Assembly (NCBI GenBank): GCA_030141605.1
Contig: JAQGDQ010000516.1
Span: 1-64,000, forward strand
Direction of reading: 5' to 3'
Origin: Tubiluchus corallicola
Lineage: Eukaryota > Animalia > Priapulida
Length of the DNA: 64,000 nt
Made by a program: the position numbers and the translations under genes. The notes beneath the pieces were generated by a model. The model was not told where the DNA came from. It worked only from the letters and a program-made list of their open reading frames with translations, and ran no database searches. This document shows positions 25,401 to 37,738 of this stretch, piece by piece (the first letter of the stretch is position 1; each line of letters starts with the position of its first letter).

Positions 25401-28200
25401 GAAAAGGTTTAATTGAACTCGAGTTTGATCCAGGAACTTTTGAATTACGAGTTCAACGCTAATACTAGAGCTGTGTTGTCTAGTGATCATAGTATTGAGA
25501 GCTTTCCCAAGACTTGCCATCTTTAACATGAATAAAACGTTGAATGTCACTTGCAATCTGACAATAGATTATTTTGGATATTAAAATCAGTAGATATGAT
25601 TTTAGGAACTTTCCCCTTAACGGACTTCATCAGCTAAATAGACTGTGCTGCTCAGAGAGACCCTCTGCCTAGCGGCACAATCTGTTCAAGTGTTACAGGC
25701 TGTTAGAGCGAAAACTACTGAAAGAAAAAATAATCTATTGTGCGAATATAAAGGGCATTCAACGTTTTATTCATACGAATTTTATTTAGTCATCAAAGTC
25801 CAGTTTCATATTGGAAAGATGCAAGTCAAGAGACATGGATGGCCGAGATCGCCGATCACAGAGACATCTTAGAAAAATTAGCGAACGTCCCACAAACAGC
25901 TGTTAAGGTTAGATTTAGCTTGCTAGTTTATACTAATTCATTAAGCTAATGTGTTTGTACATTCAATTCAATACTCATTCATTCATTCATTCATTCTCTC
26001 GTTCGTTTGTTCGTTCAATCACTCTGTGAGTAATCCTTTCACTCCATTTCATTCGTTCATCAGTAACAGAAAACTCATATTATTAAATAAAGTCTCATTT
26101 AAGGTAAGCAAACAGCACGTTTCGACGTTTAATACACATTGTTATTTTTATTATGGGAGTGATATGCTATTGAGTACATTACTGTTCTAATGTTGCTTTA
26201 TTATCAATATACTTTGACTCGTTCAGGGCATGAGAGCTCCATATTTACAAGGCGGAGGAAACACGATGTTTCGCATGTTAGCCGAGCAAGGTTTTGTCTG
26301 GGACAATTCGTGGCCCTCAATGATAATGGATCCACCATTGTGGCCTTACACCCTAGACCACAGGTAAGAAATCTGAGGAGTAAAACCCGTAAAAGGTTTA
26401 ATGAAACTAAACGACTAACTCTGACGAGTTTTGATATGCTAATTATGTTTAGAAGACCTTATGTTATTGCGACAATAAACAAAAAAGAGCTTGCAAGCCA
26501 AAAGTGATTCTTATCAACATTATAATTCATGTAATATACTTCATACGCAATGTTTTATATACCAAAGATTTCTAATATTTTACTGCGTTGTGAAATAACA
26601 TAACGACTCAATATTCCTTTCCATTGCTGCTTTGTAATCATCAATGCCACTATTTTCTTTCACTACCAGTGTAGTTTCTGCTATAGTTAACTTTGCATTG
26701 CAAGGTTACGCTTCCATAACCATCTTTTCTTTTGCCAATATTAAAGGAGCCTCCAAAAATGTCCTATTCCTCCATGCCCAACAGAGCGGTTCCCTGGGCT
26801 CTGGGTGGTGCCGATGGTGGACTGGCTGGATCGGAATTACACCCTCTGTGAACAAGTGGATAGTTGTCAATTTCCGGAGAGCAAGGAAGAAGCTCTGGAG
26901 TGGTTCCGAGCGAATTTTAATCGGCATTACCAACAGGTACTGATGTGTTAAGTACGAATTGTAGTTCACTTTGAGCGCTAGTAGAGTTTTTCAAATGTGT
27001 TGGATGATAATAATTAACTGATGCTACAAAACTCCTTTATTACCTTTAAAAAATATTAAAAATTAATAACAATTACAACAGCAACCAAATGACAATTTGC
27101 TTGCGGATTTTTGAGAAATTTTCGAGGGATCAAACTTGGCTCTAGTCTAATATTACTTGATATCAATGTACGATGCTCTTTCCTATTATAGCCATGCAGC
27201 GCATTGACACATTTCTAGTGACAGCATATAGCAGCAGAAGGAAACGTCGTAAAACTTTAAACATAACTTCAAAAAATCACTAAGCAAAAGAGTTTACCAC
27301 AAGATGAACGTCGTTGGTCGATTAGCTGCAAAAAAATTAAAAAGTCGAATGGGTGAAGGACATATGAAATATCCTGTATAATAAATTCAAAGTAGCTAGT
27401 CGTAAGGCTTGATTTATAGAGACTTTTTTACTTTCTTTTGGTACTGAGCTATGTAGTTGGTCAATCCTTTCAGCATCAGACTTTACTGTGAAACCCAGAT
27501 TATTTAATGTGTTCTTTCATTGTTTTACAAGTAACATTATTGATCCGCTATTACGGCCAAACAACATCCGGCTAATGAACAGACTGGTGATTAAAAATAC
27601 TGGAAAGTTAAACTTCCCACATTTATCATTCATGCGCGCTAATTTACACACACAGTTTATTTGTTTGCTTTGTTACACATTGTTTTACTTTATTAATATT
27701 ACCAACTATACTTCTCTGTTATTGTGTTAGTGTATTTTATGAATATTGTCATACTTCGTGTATGTACATTGTACATTCGTGTAGTTTATACATTTGTACT
27801 GTACATATCCCGGTACATGTAACATTTGTCGTATTTTCAGAATCGGGCAGTGTTTCCAATACATCTCCGTCCACGATGGTTCTACGAAGCATATTACACA
27901 ATAGAAGCAGTTCAAGAGTTTCTTGATGAACTAGAAAGCAAACATGACACGTACGTTGTCACCATCTCACAAGCGATTGACTGGATTAAGATGCCCACAA
28001 GGGTCCAAGACATTGGTCAAAGCGGCGCTCTAGGCTGTAACTATGCTGACCGAATGCCCTTGTGTGACAAGCCAAACCTATGTAGTTACTACAACATTAC
28101 GTATGAACCGAATTCAGCCGAACATCCCGGTGACCGATGGTTTCAGACATGCAACGAATGTCCGGTTATTTATCCTTGGGTCGGAACACCCATGAACTAG
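22483..28200 (+). CDS. Chitin deacetylase-like protein (signal peptide-CBM14-LDLa-CE4 domain), 522 aa, predicted catalytically impaired
   Basis: Nine phase-consistent GT-AG exons: 22483-22540, 23172-23355, 23724-23926, 24254-24423, 24883-25031, 25790-25907, 26227-26363, 26747-26936, 27841-28200 (1569 nt). Signal peptide MYMMNSLIWLYLTLLFCAR; CBM14 DPDDCSKFYICDHG..FCP..TIW; LDLa VCDGTPHCPDGSDERNC; CDA hallmarks CDPATCRLPSCRC, NPNGCP, GMRAPYL, PPLWPYTLD, FNRHYQQNRA, YPWVG. Confidence 0.93.
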
Positions 28201-29029
28201 ATAACAGATTTATGATTGCTTTAGAATTAGTCACTCATTCACATAGGTATTTAAGTCTCACTGATAACATTCATACATCTGTTGTTTTGTAGACGTAAGT
28301 GTTTTCAAGTGTCCTAGTATATGTGTTGTTTTGTCTCATTTTCAAGCAGTCCACGACAGTATAGATAATATAAGGCATTTGCTAAAATAACAAATATACA
28401 TGCGTTGATATATCAGTTTGATTAGCTAATGACAATTACACTAGTAAACAAATTTGACCAAGAGTAAGGTATATATAAATGTACAATAGATATACATAAT
28501 ATAGGCCCTACGTTTGGTCAAAATTAGTCTACAACATTTTTTATCGATATTATTACAAATAAATGGTACAAGTTTCTAAGATTAAAAATTTAAAGAGCAA
28601 GGTAATTTTGGTGACATTAGGTCAAAGTTTATTGAACGTCATTGAAAGGTCATCATTAGTCAACTCTGGATAACCTTCACCCCTTCCCATAGCTAATCTA
28701 TTTAGCTCAGGTAAAGTGGATTATTTTGTGAATACAATGCAAAATATAAGGGGAAATAAGTCTCAGTGAGTTGAGTGACTATTGCATTTGCTTTGCGCTA
28801 AAGGTACGCAGCAATGAACATAGTTAGTAAATAGATAAGCAACTGCCCAGAAAAAATATTTGCCGAGTGGGTTCAGCTACCTATTTACTTCGTTAAGGAA
28901 TGATGTACATGTCGATCAATTCAGTGTGTTACTGCCTCGCAAAATATTATTATTTATTTTACTTCAGTCATTCAAAATCCAAAAACAAGAGTAAAATAAG
29001 GCACAAGTAAAAAAACGCACATTGTTAGC

Positions 29030-31058
29030 TTTACGTATGCCAGACAGCATATCACAGTAACTAAAGCAAACTTATCAGCTGGTTGTTTTACTGATCACAG
29101 ACTACTTGTGTGTAAATGTAAATTTACACTGAAGCAGAAGAAAAAAGGTGTGAAACCTCCAAAGAAGCTTGATACCTGTATGACCAGGGAAAGGAGAGAT
29201 AAGCTCTAACAGTTTCTTGAAGGAAAGCTACCTGAATGCAGCGAGTACTGGCAAGAATTTAAAGTTCTCCTGCAAGAAGCTGCTGAACATACCTTTGGTA
29301 AGACGAAGAGATACAACAGCTGCTGAGAGACAAGAAACTCAACAGGAAGGCTCTCAGAGACTGCATCAGAACCTTTAAAAAAACCATTGGTTCCAGAAAA
29401 AAAGCGGAAAATACAGAGCAGTTTTCACAGGAAAAGAATCATGGAGAATTCTATGCAACATTAAATGAAGTTTACGGTCCAAGATCCAGGAGTTCACATC
29501 CTGTACTCTCGAAAGATGGCGTTCTTCTCACCTCCTCTGAGGAAATTAAAGACAGATGGGTGGAACATTTCAGTGAACTGTTGAACCAACCTTCTGAAGT
29601 AGATATAACCATTTTGGAAGAAATTGAACAGCATCCTATAGATGAATCATTAGATGTACCAATCACGGAAGTTGAGTTGGATCAATAACTCAAAAACACC
29701 AGACTCCTGGTCCGGATGGTGTGTTACCTGGAGTTCTTGTACACGAAGGTGCTCGCTTGAGAACTTTCCTGTTCACAATCATCACCTTATTCTGGACCAC
29801 AGACAACTGATGGAAAAATCAAGGGAACAACGAAGGGACATGTACACTGCCTTTGTTGTCTTCACCAAGACGTTTGATACAGTAAATCTGGATCTGCTCT
29901 ACAAAATTTTTGGGAAAGCTTGGCTGTCCCCCAAAGTTTATACAGATAATCAAGAAGCTGTGCTCAAATGTTCATGCTAGATTCATCGTTTACGGCGAAT
30001 TGACAGAACCTTTTGAATATAATAGTGGCGTAAAACAAGGGTGTAAATTAGCACCTACCCTATATGGTATTTATGCTGCGGTTTTATTATGGCTTGCCTA
30101 CAAAACCATAGGCCACCAATACAGCATCAAAACCAGGTTTAGATACGACGGTGACTTATTTGACCTCAGGAGACTCAAAAGTAAGACCAAAGTCTTCACG
30201 GAATACATCAGAAAGGCACAGTACGCCGATGATATAGCAATCTTCAGCGATTCTGCTATCGGTCTGCAGATTTTGCTTACAGCATACAACGAAATGGCTA
30301 AAAAGATGGATTACTAAAACTGAAACCATGTGCATTGGACCTCTAGTCGAGTTTTTCATAGATGGTGAAAAACTGAAGAATGTAAAGCGTTTCAAGTATC
30401 TCGGTAGTTATGCAACCGAAGAATGTTTGATGAAAGAAAAGCTTACATCACGCATCCAAGCAGTGTCCTGTGCATATGGAAGACTACGAAGTAGAGTTTT
30501 CGACTCACATAAACTACCTCATCAACGAAAATCAAAGTTTACAATCAGTGCCTGATGCCCTTACTACTTTACGGGTGCGAAACTTGTACTCTTTATTATC
30601 ACCAAGTCAGACAGCTTCGCACTGTACAACAACGTCACTTGAGAAGGATCTTGAAAATCAAATGGGATGATTACATTAGTAACGAAGAAGTTTTAACTCT
30701 TGCAGGTATTGAAGACATCGAAATCAAATTGGTAAGAAGTAGACTGCGCTGGTTGGGCCATGTATCTAGAATGGATAATGAGAGACCAGTGAAAGCCCTT
30801 TTGTATGGGGAACTAACAGAAGGGACACCCCCCATTGGACGCCCTAAGTTAAGATACAAGCATACCTGTAAAAGTTCTTTGAATCGTAGTGAAGTTCTGG
30901 ATGAATGGCAAAGAATCGTTGAAGATCGACCATCGTGGAGAGCAACAATGTGGAAAACGTGTAATAAATCCAATGAGAAAAGAGCCAGTGCATATGAGAA
31001 AAGAAAAGAAAAGAAAAGAAAAGAAAAGAGGAAGAAGGCCACACCTAAGGACAATTAG
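29030..31058 (+). mobile_element. 5'-truncated, frameshifted RTE-clade LINE retrotransposon
   Basis: End of the APE endonuclease (CFTDHRLL, ~29080-29110), followed by RT motifs FTKTFDTVN, GVKQGCKLAPTLY, QYADD, FKYLGS, LLYGCET, RLRWLGHVSRM and LLYGEL..GRPKLRYK, split by several frameshifts and stops. Confidence 0.93.
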
Positions 31059-33180
31059 TCAATTAGTGATTTTTCACACTTAATGAACTCTGTTATTCAC
31101 TACTGTATATATTATTTTTAAATTGTGTTTATATTTTGATCTGTTTTTCATCAAATGTGTTCCGCCCGTTTCGGGCTAAGGCGTCGTATATGAATATGCT
31201 AGTTTACAGAAACATAGTAAGCTTAAACGCTTATACAAGAAACGGTTAAACCAGAGACTACCGCTATAAAACAGTGTACAAAATGCTACAAAATCATTTT
31301 TCTTTTTTTTCTTAACATCTACAGAACAGTTTTTGGACCTCCAAATAATACAGTTGGCTCTTGCACATAATAAATATCTCTGGTAACTCAGTACATGCCT
31401 CATATCCTTAATAAATACTATGTTCCAACACAATTGATTTTAATAGTTTCTGGTTATAAGCTTTGAGTTTGAAAAACAAAAGAGAAGGAGAGATGGGGAA
31501 AAGGAGCGTATTGAGTAAAAAGGCTTAGAAAACACCAATGTATCACTGGCAACATTTTATCTACTTTCAGAAAGATATTTCAGGTGACTTCAAAAGAGTT
31601 CTGTTAGCTCTGATCAATACCTGATCTTCCCCACATTAGTTGCACAACTTGCAACAAAATAAATTACTTCAAACTTAAAAGTACATGTATAATTAAAAAC
31701 CTAATTACGTACTTTGTGTATAATTAATGTCAGCAATTGTTCATGACGTTAACAAAAAGAGTGCAGAACATCCGTACAATACTTGCTTTACTTAATTTAG
31801 TTTTTATTTACATAGTGAATTTGAAGTATACTTTACATATAATAATACGCATGTGGAATGTTTTGTTAATTGAATATACACTTTTAACTTGCTAGAGCGA
31901 TTTAACACATCTAACTATAATTCGTAATAAAAAGCTGTACATTTCCATAATGCACATGTTTAACCCCCATCCTGTGATGATTTGTTTGCTGTGAGTATAT
32001 ATGATCCACAGGCCTTGCTTCGATACAATATGACTTTCCAATGAAAGTGCTCCAATTTTCAAAAGTTTAACATTAAATTTCCCTGTATTTCAAGTTAGAT
32101 TTAACAATTCAGTATTATTCATTGTGAATTTAAACCACTATCAATGCCAGTCTTAGCTTGTAAGATTTCAGATAATTAGTTGGTCACCTATTAGAACTTC
32201 AGACTCAGAATGAATCAAAATTGGAGACCATCTAATTAGCTAGAAATCACGCTCTAACGCAAGTTACGTAGCAGTGAAAACTTCTAAACCGGACGGCCAG
32301 TTGTATGCGGTAAACTTTGGACAATGATGCTGCTGTGGAACACGGTACAGTTTAGCAGTCGTGGCATCTAATTTGTATGCAGACGGTTCCTGGCTCCAGT
32401 CCACGCTCTACTCCAAATTCTTCACTTTTCCTTGTATTCAAATTTGATTTCAAAATAGAATTAATCGTGCATTTGTACCATCTTTAATAGGTATCTTGAA
32501 ATGTAGGAATATAAAATAATATTATTTAATTGTCAATGGGAATGTCAGGATCAAAATTAATTGAAATTGGATAAATATAATTAGTTACAGAATCGCTCTA
32601 GTGCGAGAACCTAAGACTGGAAATGCTGATCTGGTCGGCCATCTATTAAACAACAATGATTTGTCATGTTCACTGCGGAACATAATACTCTACCAGTTAT
32701 TGATAGTTGTAACCAAAAGCTTAGATCAATGGCTCCATTACAAGCCGTATTCCAATCTTTCCATCAGTAATAATCTTGTTGTTATTAATATTATAATTAA
32801 CTCCTAGTAAAAATAGGATGACAAATCAAAAATCATAATAAAAGCTTAACTTAATTTTTATGCTCAAAAACGTGTACTGTTTTTGCTAGGACTTGCGCCA
32901 TTAACGAACATGTACCATGGTCGAAGAAATAGACAATGAATTAACACTAGCTAAAGCGTGTTTTTGGCAGTTGATTGCCGGTATTGCTGCAGTTGTACAG
33001 TTGTTATGCACGTTTTCTAAAAATGTAAAGAGAATTCTGATGAATTTGTTAAATTAACTTGCAGTATACATTTGACATAACCTTTTTGCTATATGCTTTT
33101 TCACAAATTCTTGGAGTGTGGTATTGTCTGTCAAAACTGGTTAGATTGTAATGTTAACCCTATCTCTAAAAAAAATCTAG

Positions 33181-33934
33181 TGTAGGGCGCCGAGTAACCC
33201 TCTAGCCAAAGTAGGACACTTCCGGTAAAACGCATGTGCTAAATTTCCGAAAAAGCAGTGTCGTACTTGGGCAGCCCAGGTAGGACACTTGCGATTTCTG
33301 TCGAGAATTATGACATAATGAAACGTAAAACTAAATTTGTTTTAGAAAAAAGTAACGTTATAATATTATGATGGATGACACTCCTTGACAATTTACAATG
33401 TATTTTGTACAATAATATCATCATTATTATTAGCTCCATTAATATCATCATAACATTAAACTAAGTATGTAACATTTTAACGAGAGAAACTATGTAGGGC
33501 ACATAACTCGCTAACCCATTTGCTTAGTAGAAAACCATTATTTGTCCAAGAGGGAGTGAAAAAGATTACCTGTCTGTGAAGCAAGACAAAATAAAAAATG
33601 ATAATTATACCCTAAGCAAATGTCGGAATCACCTAAAAAGTGCACTTATTTCACTTCAAAGAACATTAATATTGGCAAATATTAATAATACTAGCTCAGA
33701 ATAAAATTATTGTAGTTTATCAGATGTATAATAAATTATTCAACGTGTATTGACGTTTTTAATTATTATTACATAAACAAGGAGAAAGCACGGTATCAGT
33801 ATGCTTAACGAACTCAATTCGCGACCTGTCTCTAGTGTCCTACTTGGGCAGCCCATGTACGACGCGTCCTACTTGGGCTAGCCTATGTATGTCAATTGTC
33901 CTACTTCGGCTAATGGCTTACTCGGCGCCCAACA
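33181..33934. mobile_element. Non-autonomous TIR element with TGT...ACA ends and 5-bp TSD (Ginger-like MITE)
   Basis: ~38 bp TIRs (tgtagggcgccgagtaaccctctagccaaagtaggaca / tgtcctacttcggctaatggcttactcggcgcccaaca). TSD tctag at 33176-33180 and 33935-33939. Subterminal repeats gtc(c/g)tacttgggc at both ends. Confidence 0.82.
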
Positions 33935-34011
33935 TCTAGTACCAATTTGACATGTGATGAATTGCACCCCATTTCTCTAACTGCTGTTGTTTCTAAGTCT
34001 CTCTTTTTCGG

Positions 34012-35018
34012 ACAGTATACTCTAAGTCCTCGCTTAACGACGCTAATGTGTTCCAACAAAACACGTCATTAAGGCAACCGTCGTTATGAGAAGTTACAAT
34101 GCCTTCCATAGAACACAATGTAAAAGCATTCAGTTGCCTTCCACACCCAAAGATTAGTAATGCTTGGCTTATGTAAAAGTGTTCAGTAAGTTGCTATACA
34201 GGACAAGAATCAATAATGCCTGGCAATGTAAAGCTTTCAGTTGCCGTGCTGTACAAAAATGCTTGGCTCATAAATAAAACACTAAACAGGATGTTTGTTC
34301 CTGACAATTTTTAACTAAACGCTAAAGAAAACTAAAGTTTGTAGTGAAAATTCAATTTTGAAACTTTCTTCATTGACGTATCTTCCTTTGGTTGATCCTG
34401 TTTCTTCTTTCTTCTATGCTTGTTTTTTGCAAAAAAATCTTGTGTTGGTTGCATAGACTCTCTTTTTTCTGCTAAACCTTCTTTTCAACACTGTAAAGCA
34501 TTAGCAACATCTTGTCCCACTTCTTAATTTCACTCTCTAACTGAATTTTTTTCACAAAAAATTCAAGTCTTACACCAATACTGTATTTTGTGCAGACACT
34601 TTATGTAGATGTTTATCCCTAGCCATTTCTGATTAACGCTCCTGAGAATATTTCTAGTGTTGTTCTTCCGACAGTGTAAATACAAATAAAGTGAAGGCAG
34701 CAATAATACAATAATGTAAACATAAGAGATTTTTATCAGTGGAATTTCACCTCTAGGCACTTGGGAAAGTGCTATAGTAATTAGCGTGTGGTCAGCAATG
34801 AATCGTCACTACAGACCTGTGTCTGCTTATTACGATTTAGATTTTTTTAGATATTATTACTGTGATTTCTGTTAATAGGGCTAGTGTAGCAAACGTAATT
34901 TCAGTACTTGAAGGCCGAAAAATTGTCTTTAAATCGATTCATGGATCGTTAAGTGAATAAAAGGTGTCAAAAGAACAGCATTGTTAAAACGAAATATCGC
35001 TAAACGGGGAGTCGTTAA
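34012..35018. mobile_element. Degenerate pogo/Tigger-like MITE, right end truncated or interrupted
   Basis: Left end cagtatactctaagtcctcgcttaacgacg with gtcgtta subterminal motifs; matching repeated (t)cgttaa motifs at 34947-35018. Confidence 0.4.
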
Positions 35019-35948
35019 AGGGCACCTGAAGTAGGTTTCAAAAAAATTGCCTTAAAAAATTATACTACTTTACAGCAATTTCATGCACATATCGTATTCG
35101 CGTTGAAAGGAATTTAACAGTAATGGCAAATTTTTTTCTAGGCCACTACATGATTTACGTGAACACAATTCTAAATTATTTGTACAGTACTCTCGCACTA
35201 ATATCAGAGCCCATTTCTTCTCTTCTTGTGTTGTGGACCCCTGGAATTCACTTATGTGTGAAAGTTAATGCGGCAAATTGATGAGGAGACACCGTCAAAA
35301 ACCCTATTATGGTTAGGTCTCTTAGACTTCGCAAGCAAGTTTTGCGCTTCCTTGACTTTCCCGTGCACGGCCTTGCTATGTACCGCCTTAAGTGGTATTT
35401 ATGTAGCATATACGGATGCAGATGCGTTTTCCAACTGCGGAAATCAATAGGAAATAGCTGCAGACAAAGAATAAGGCATACCTAAGCTGCATAAACGTGT
35501 GCATTGAAAACAATATAAACTGGTTTTATCAATTCCAAACCCCTAAAAATGCATCTGCAGCGCCACTTTACTATGTACATGGAGCCGCAAATTACCTCAT
35601 CATTGTGTACCACGGCAACAGCGATACTACTGTTCATGGTGAGGTGGTCTTTGGCGCCACCGCAGCACACAGGGTTGTCGAGCAAGCATGCATATGCCAC
35701 ATAGTGTTGCAGTTAATATAACAGTTAACAGTTTGACAGCTTTTCAATTATTTACAACTGTTGCTGCAAAAAAGCTCCAGCACTACCAAACCATTCCTAA
35801 TTAACCTAATATGTTAATTAGGTTCACTGAAAAAGTTATTTTATAGCTGCTTCCTGCTTAGAAAATGTAGTAACTGCACATCATTAACACATTCCACTCA
35901 TGATTATATATGATCGTATCTCGAAAACAGTAAAAAGTGACATACGTA

Positions 35949-36413
35949 CACTCACATCTCGGTTTGCCGGATCTAGCTAGCTTTTGCGGATATTGGAAGG
36001 ATTGGACAAAATCTGGACAGTCCCGCATACTACGGACAGTCTGTTGTTTTGTGAGCTGATCGCTAGTTCGTGGGCCGCCACTTTGTTTACGTCATTACAT
36101 CAGTGCAACCAAGCAGCATGTAACGACACGTATGTAGCTTGTATGTAAGCATCTTATTTAAGCATGTGCAGAAAAAATATAGAGTCAATTATGAGGAGGT
36201 ATTTGAGTCAATTGCAGACAGTTTTTATATACTTTTGCATAGGAGCAGCCCGTACTAGGCATTTTTGAGATAGTTATGCAATTGATTCTACATTACCATG
36301 AGTCTAAATGCACGGCGTCTACTGTGTATTAGCTTAGTATCAGTAAATACGGGCAATCGGCAAATTTGGACCGACGTCTCCCTGCTTTTGTCCAGCAAAC
36401 TGAGATATGAGTG
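35949..36413. mobile_element. MITE with CACTC...GAGTG ends flanked by TA
   Basis: ~23 bp TIRs (cactcacatctcggtttgccgga / tccagcaaactgagatatgagtg). TA at 35947-35948 and 36414-36415. Could be CACTA/EnSpm-like or Tc1/mariner-like. Confidence 0.7.
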
Positions 36414-37738
36414 TATAATGAATGACTTACAGTTTTAGCACACACAAACCTGCCTTTAAGCATGTATTTGAAAAATGTGGTTTGTGACTATGTTTTTGTT
36501 GATGGGCTAGAACACAATATAAGAACTGCTACAGTTTTTTAAATTTATGTTATAACTTAACCATATAACTGATTGCAGTGTAAATAGAACGGAACTTTTT
36601 TTGCCACACATCACAGCAAAAGCCCATGTTATGTGATGGAATTAGTAGCACAGTTAACAAATTGGCAGCAACAGCCAGTCTGCAGTAGACGTAATGGGCA
36701 TATGTTGATGACGATGATTTGCTGTCTTACATTAATCCCTGACTCTGCAATGTTTATCGTTGATCCTATCATGTCAGCCCACATAAATCTCACTTTCCGT
36801 GTAAAACTACAAATTGAAGCTCCGCCCACAACAATATTATTAAAATTATTGTTTCAACTAATCAGAAGAAATCACAGGTTCATTACGAGGGGTTGGTGTT
36901 GTTCACTATTATTAATAATGGTCAATTAATTTATAGGCTTTGTGAAATGCAGCAAGTAATGAAAACAGACAGTGTCCCACTCTGGAATGCCACTCTACAA
37001 ATTACATGTCCACTATAGTTAATGGAGGTATCTGCACCAGTCCGAAAATTCATTTAGATCCCAATGATCTGCATCACGAATCCGTTCGCTCGTCTTTGCC
37101 CTGCATTTGATTTAACAACCCAACTGGCTGTAAATTGGATTTATCAACTTTCTAACTAGTTTTCATTTTCCGTGTTTTTCCGATTGCTTGTTCTAAAATT
37201 GCTTGTCCAGTCATATTGTCACAAGTAGTATCTAAGTCGGTCTGACGCAGATTCTATTAGCTTTGAGGCAGCGATTACTTGACAGAAAATCCTCTTCAAT
37301 GTCCCATTTTTCCATTTTCCTTATTACTAAATTGCTTTAAAATACTGTAGTACAAGAGGTGCTAGCGCATAGATTTTGTTTTCAGAATTTCTGTTTATGT
37401 GTTACGAAAAGACAACAATGCTAATTATGATAATGCACAACAAGTAACTTTTCCAGTTTTTTGTTTGGGCACATTACTTTCTATGGGTTTATCCTCTTCC
37501 TTTTGGTTTTGTTTTGAATTTTCTTAATTGCAACTCTGCAAAATGTTCTGAAGTTTATAAAAACAATAATGAATTAAATACAGTAGTAAATTTTAGTACT
37601 AATTTTTCTATATTTCAGGCTTAAACATGCAGATGACCAAGCCAGGTTGACCAGTCATCTGTCATGTTATTATTTAATTTTTATAAATTAAACTGCGAAT
37701 TTAGTAAAAGCATTCCGTCACATTGGAATAGCTGTGCA

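Noticed and set aside
25606-25673. Alternative CDA exon after the tttag acceptor at ~25605
   Set aside because: In-frame TAG and no CDA similarity; the exon at 25790-25907 fits phase and homology.
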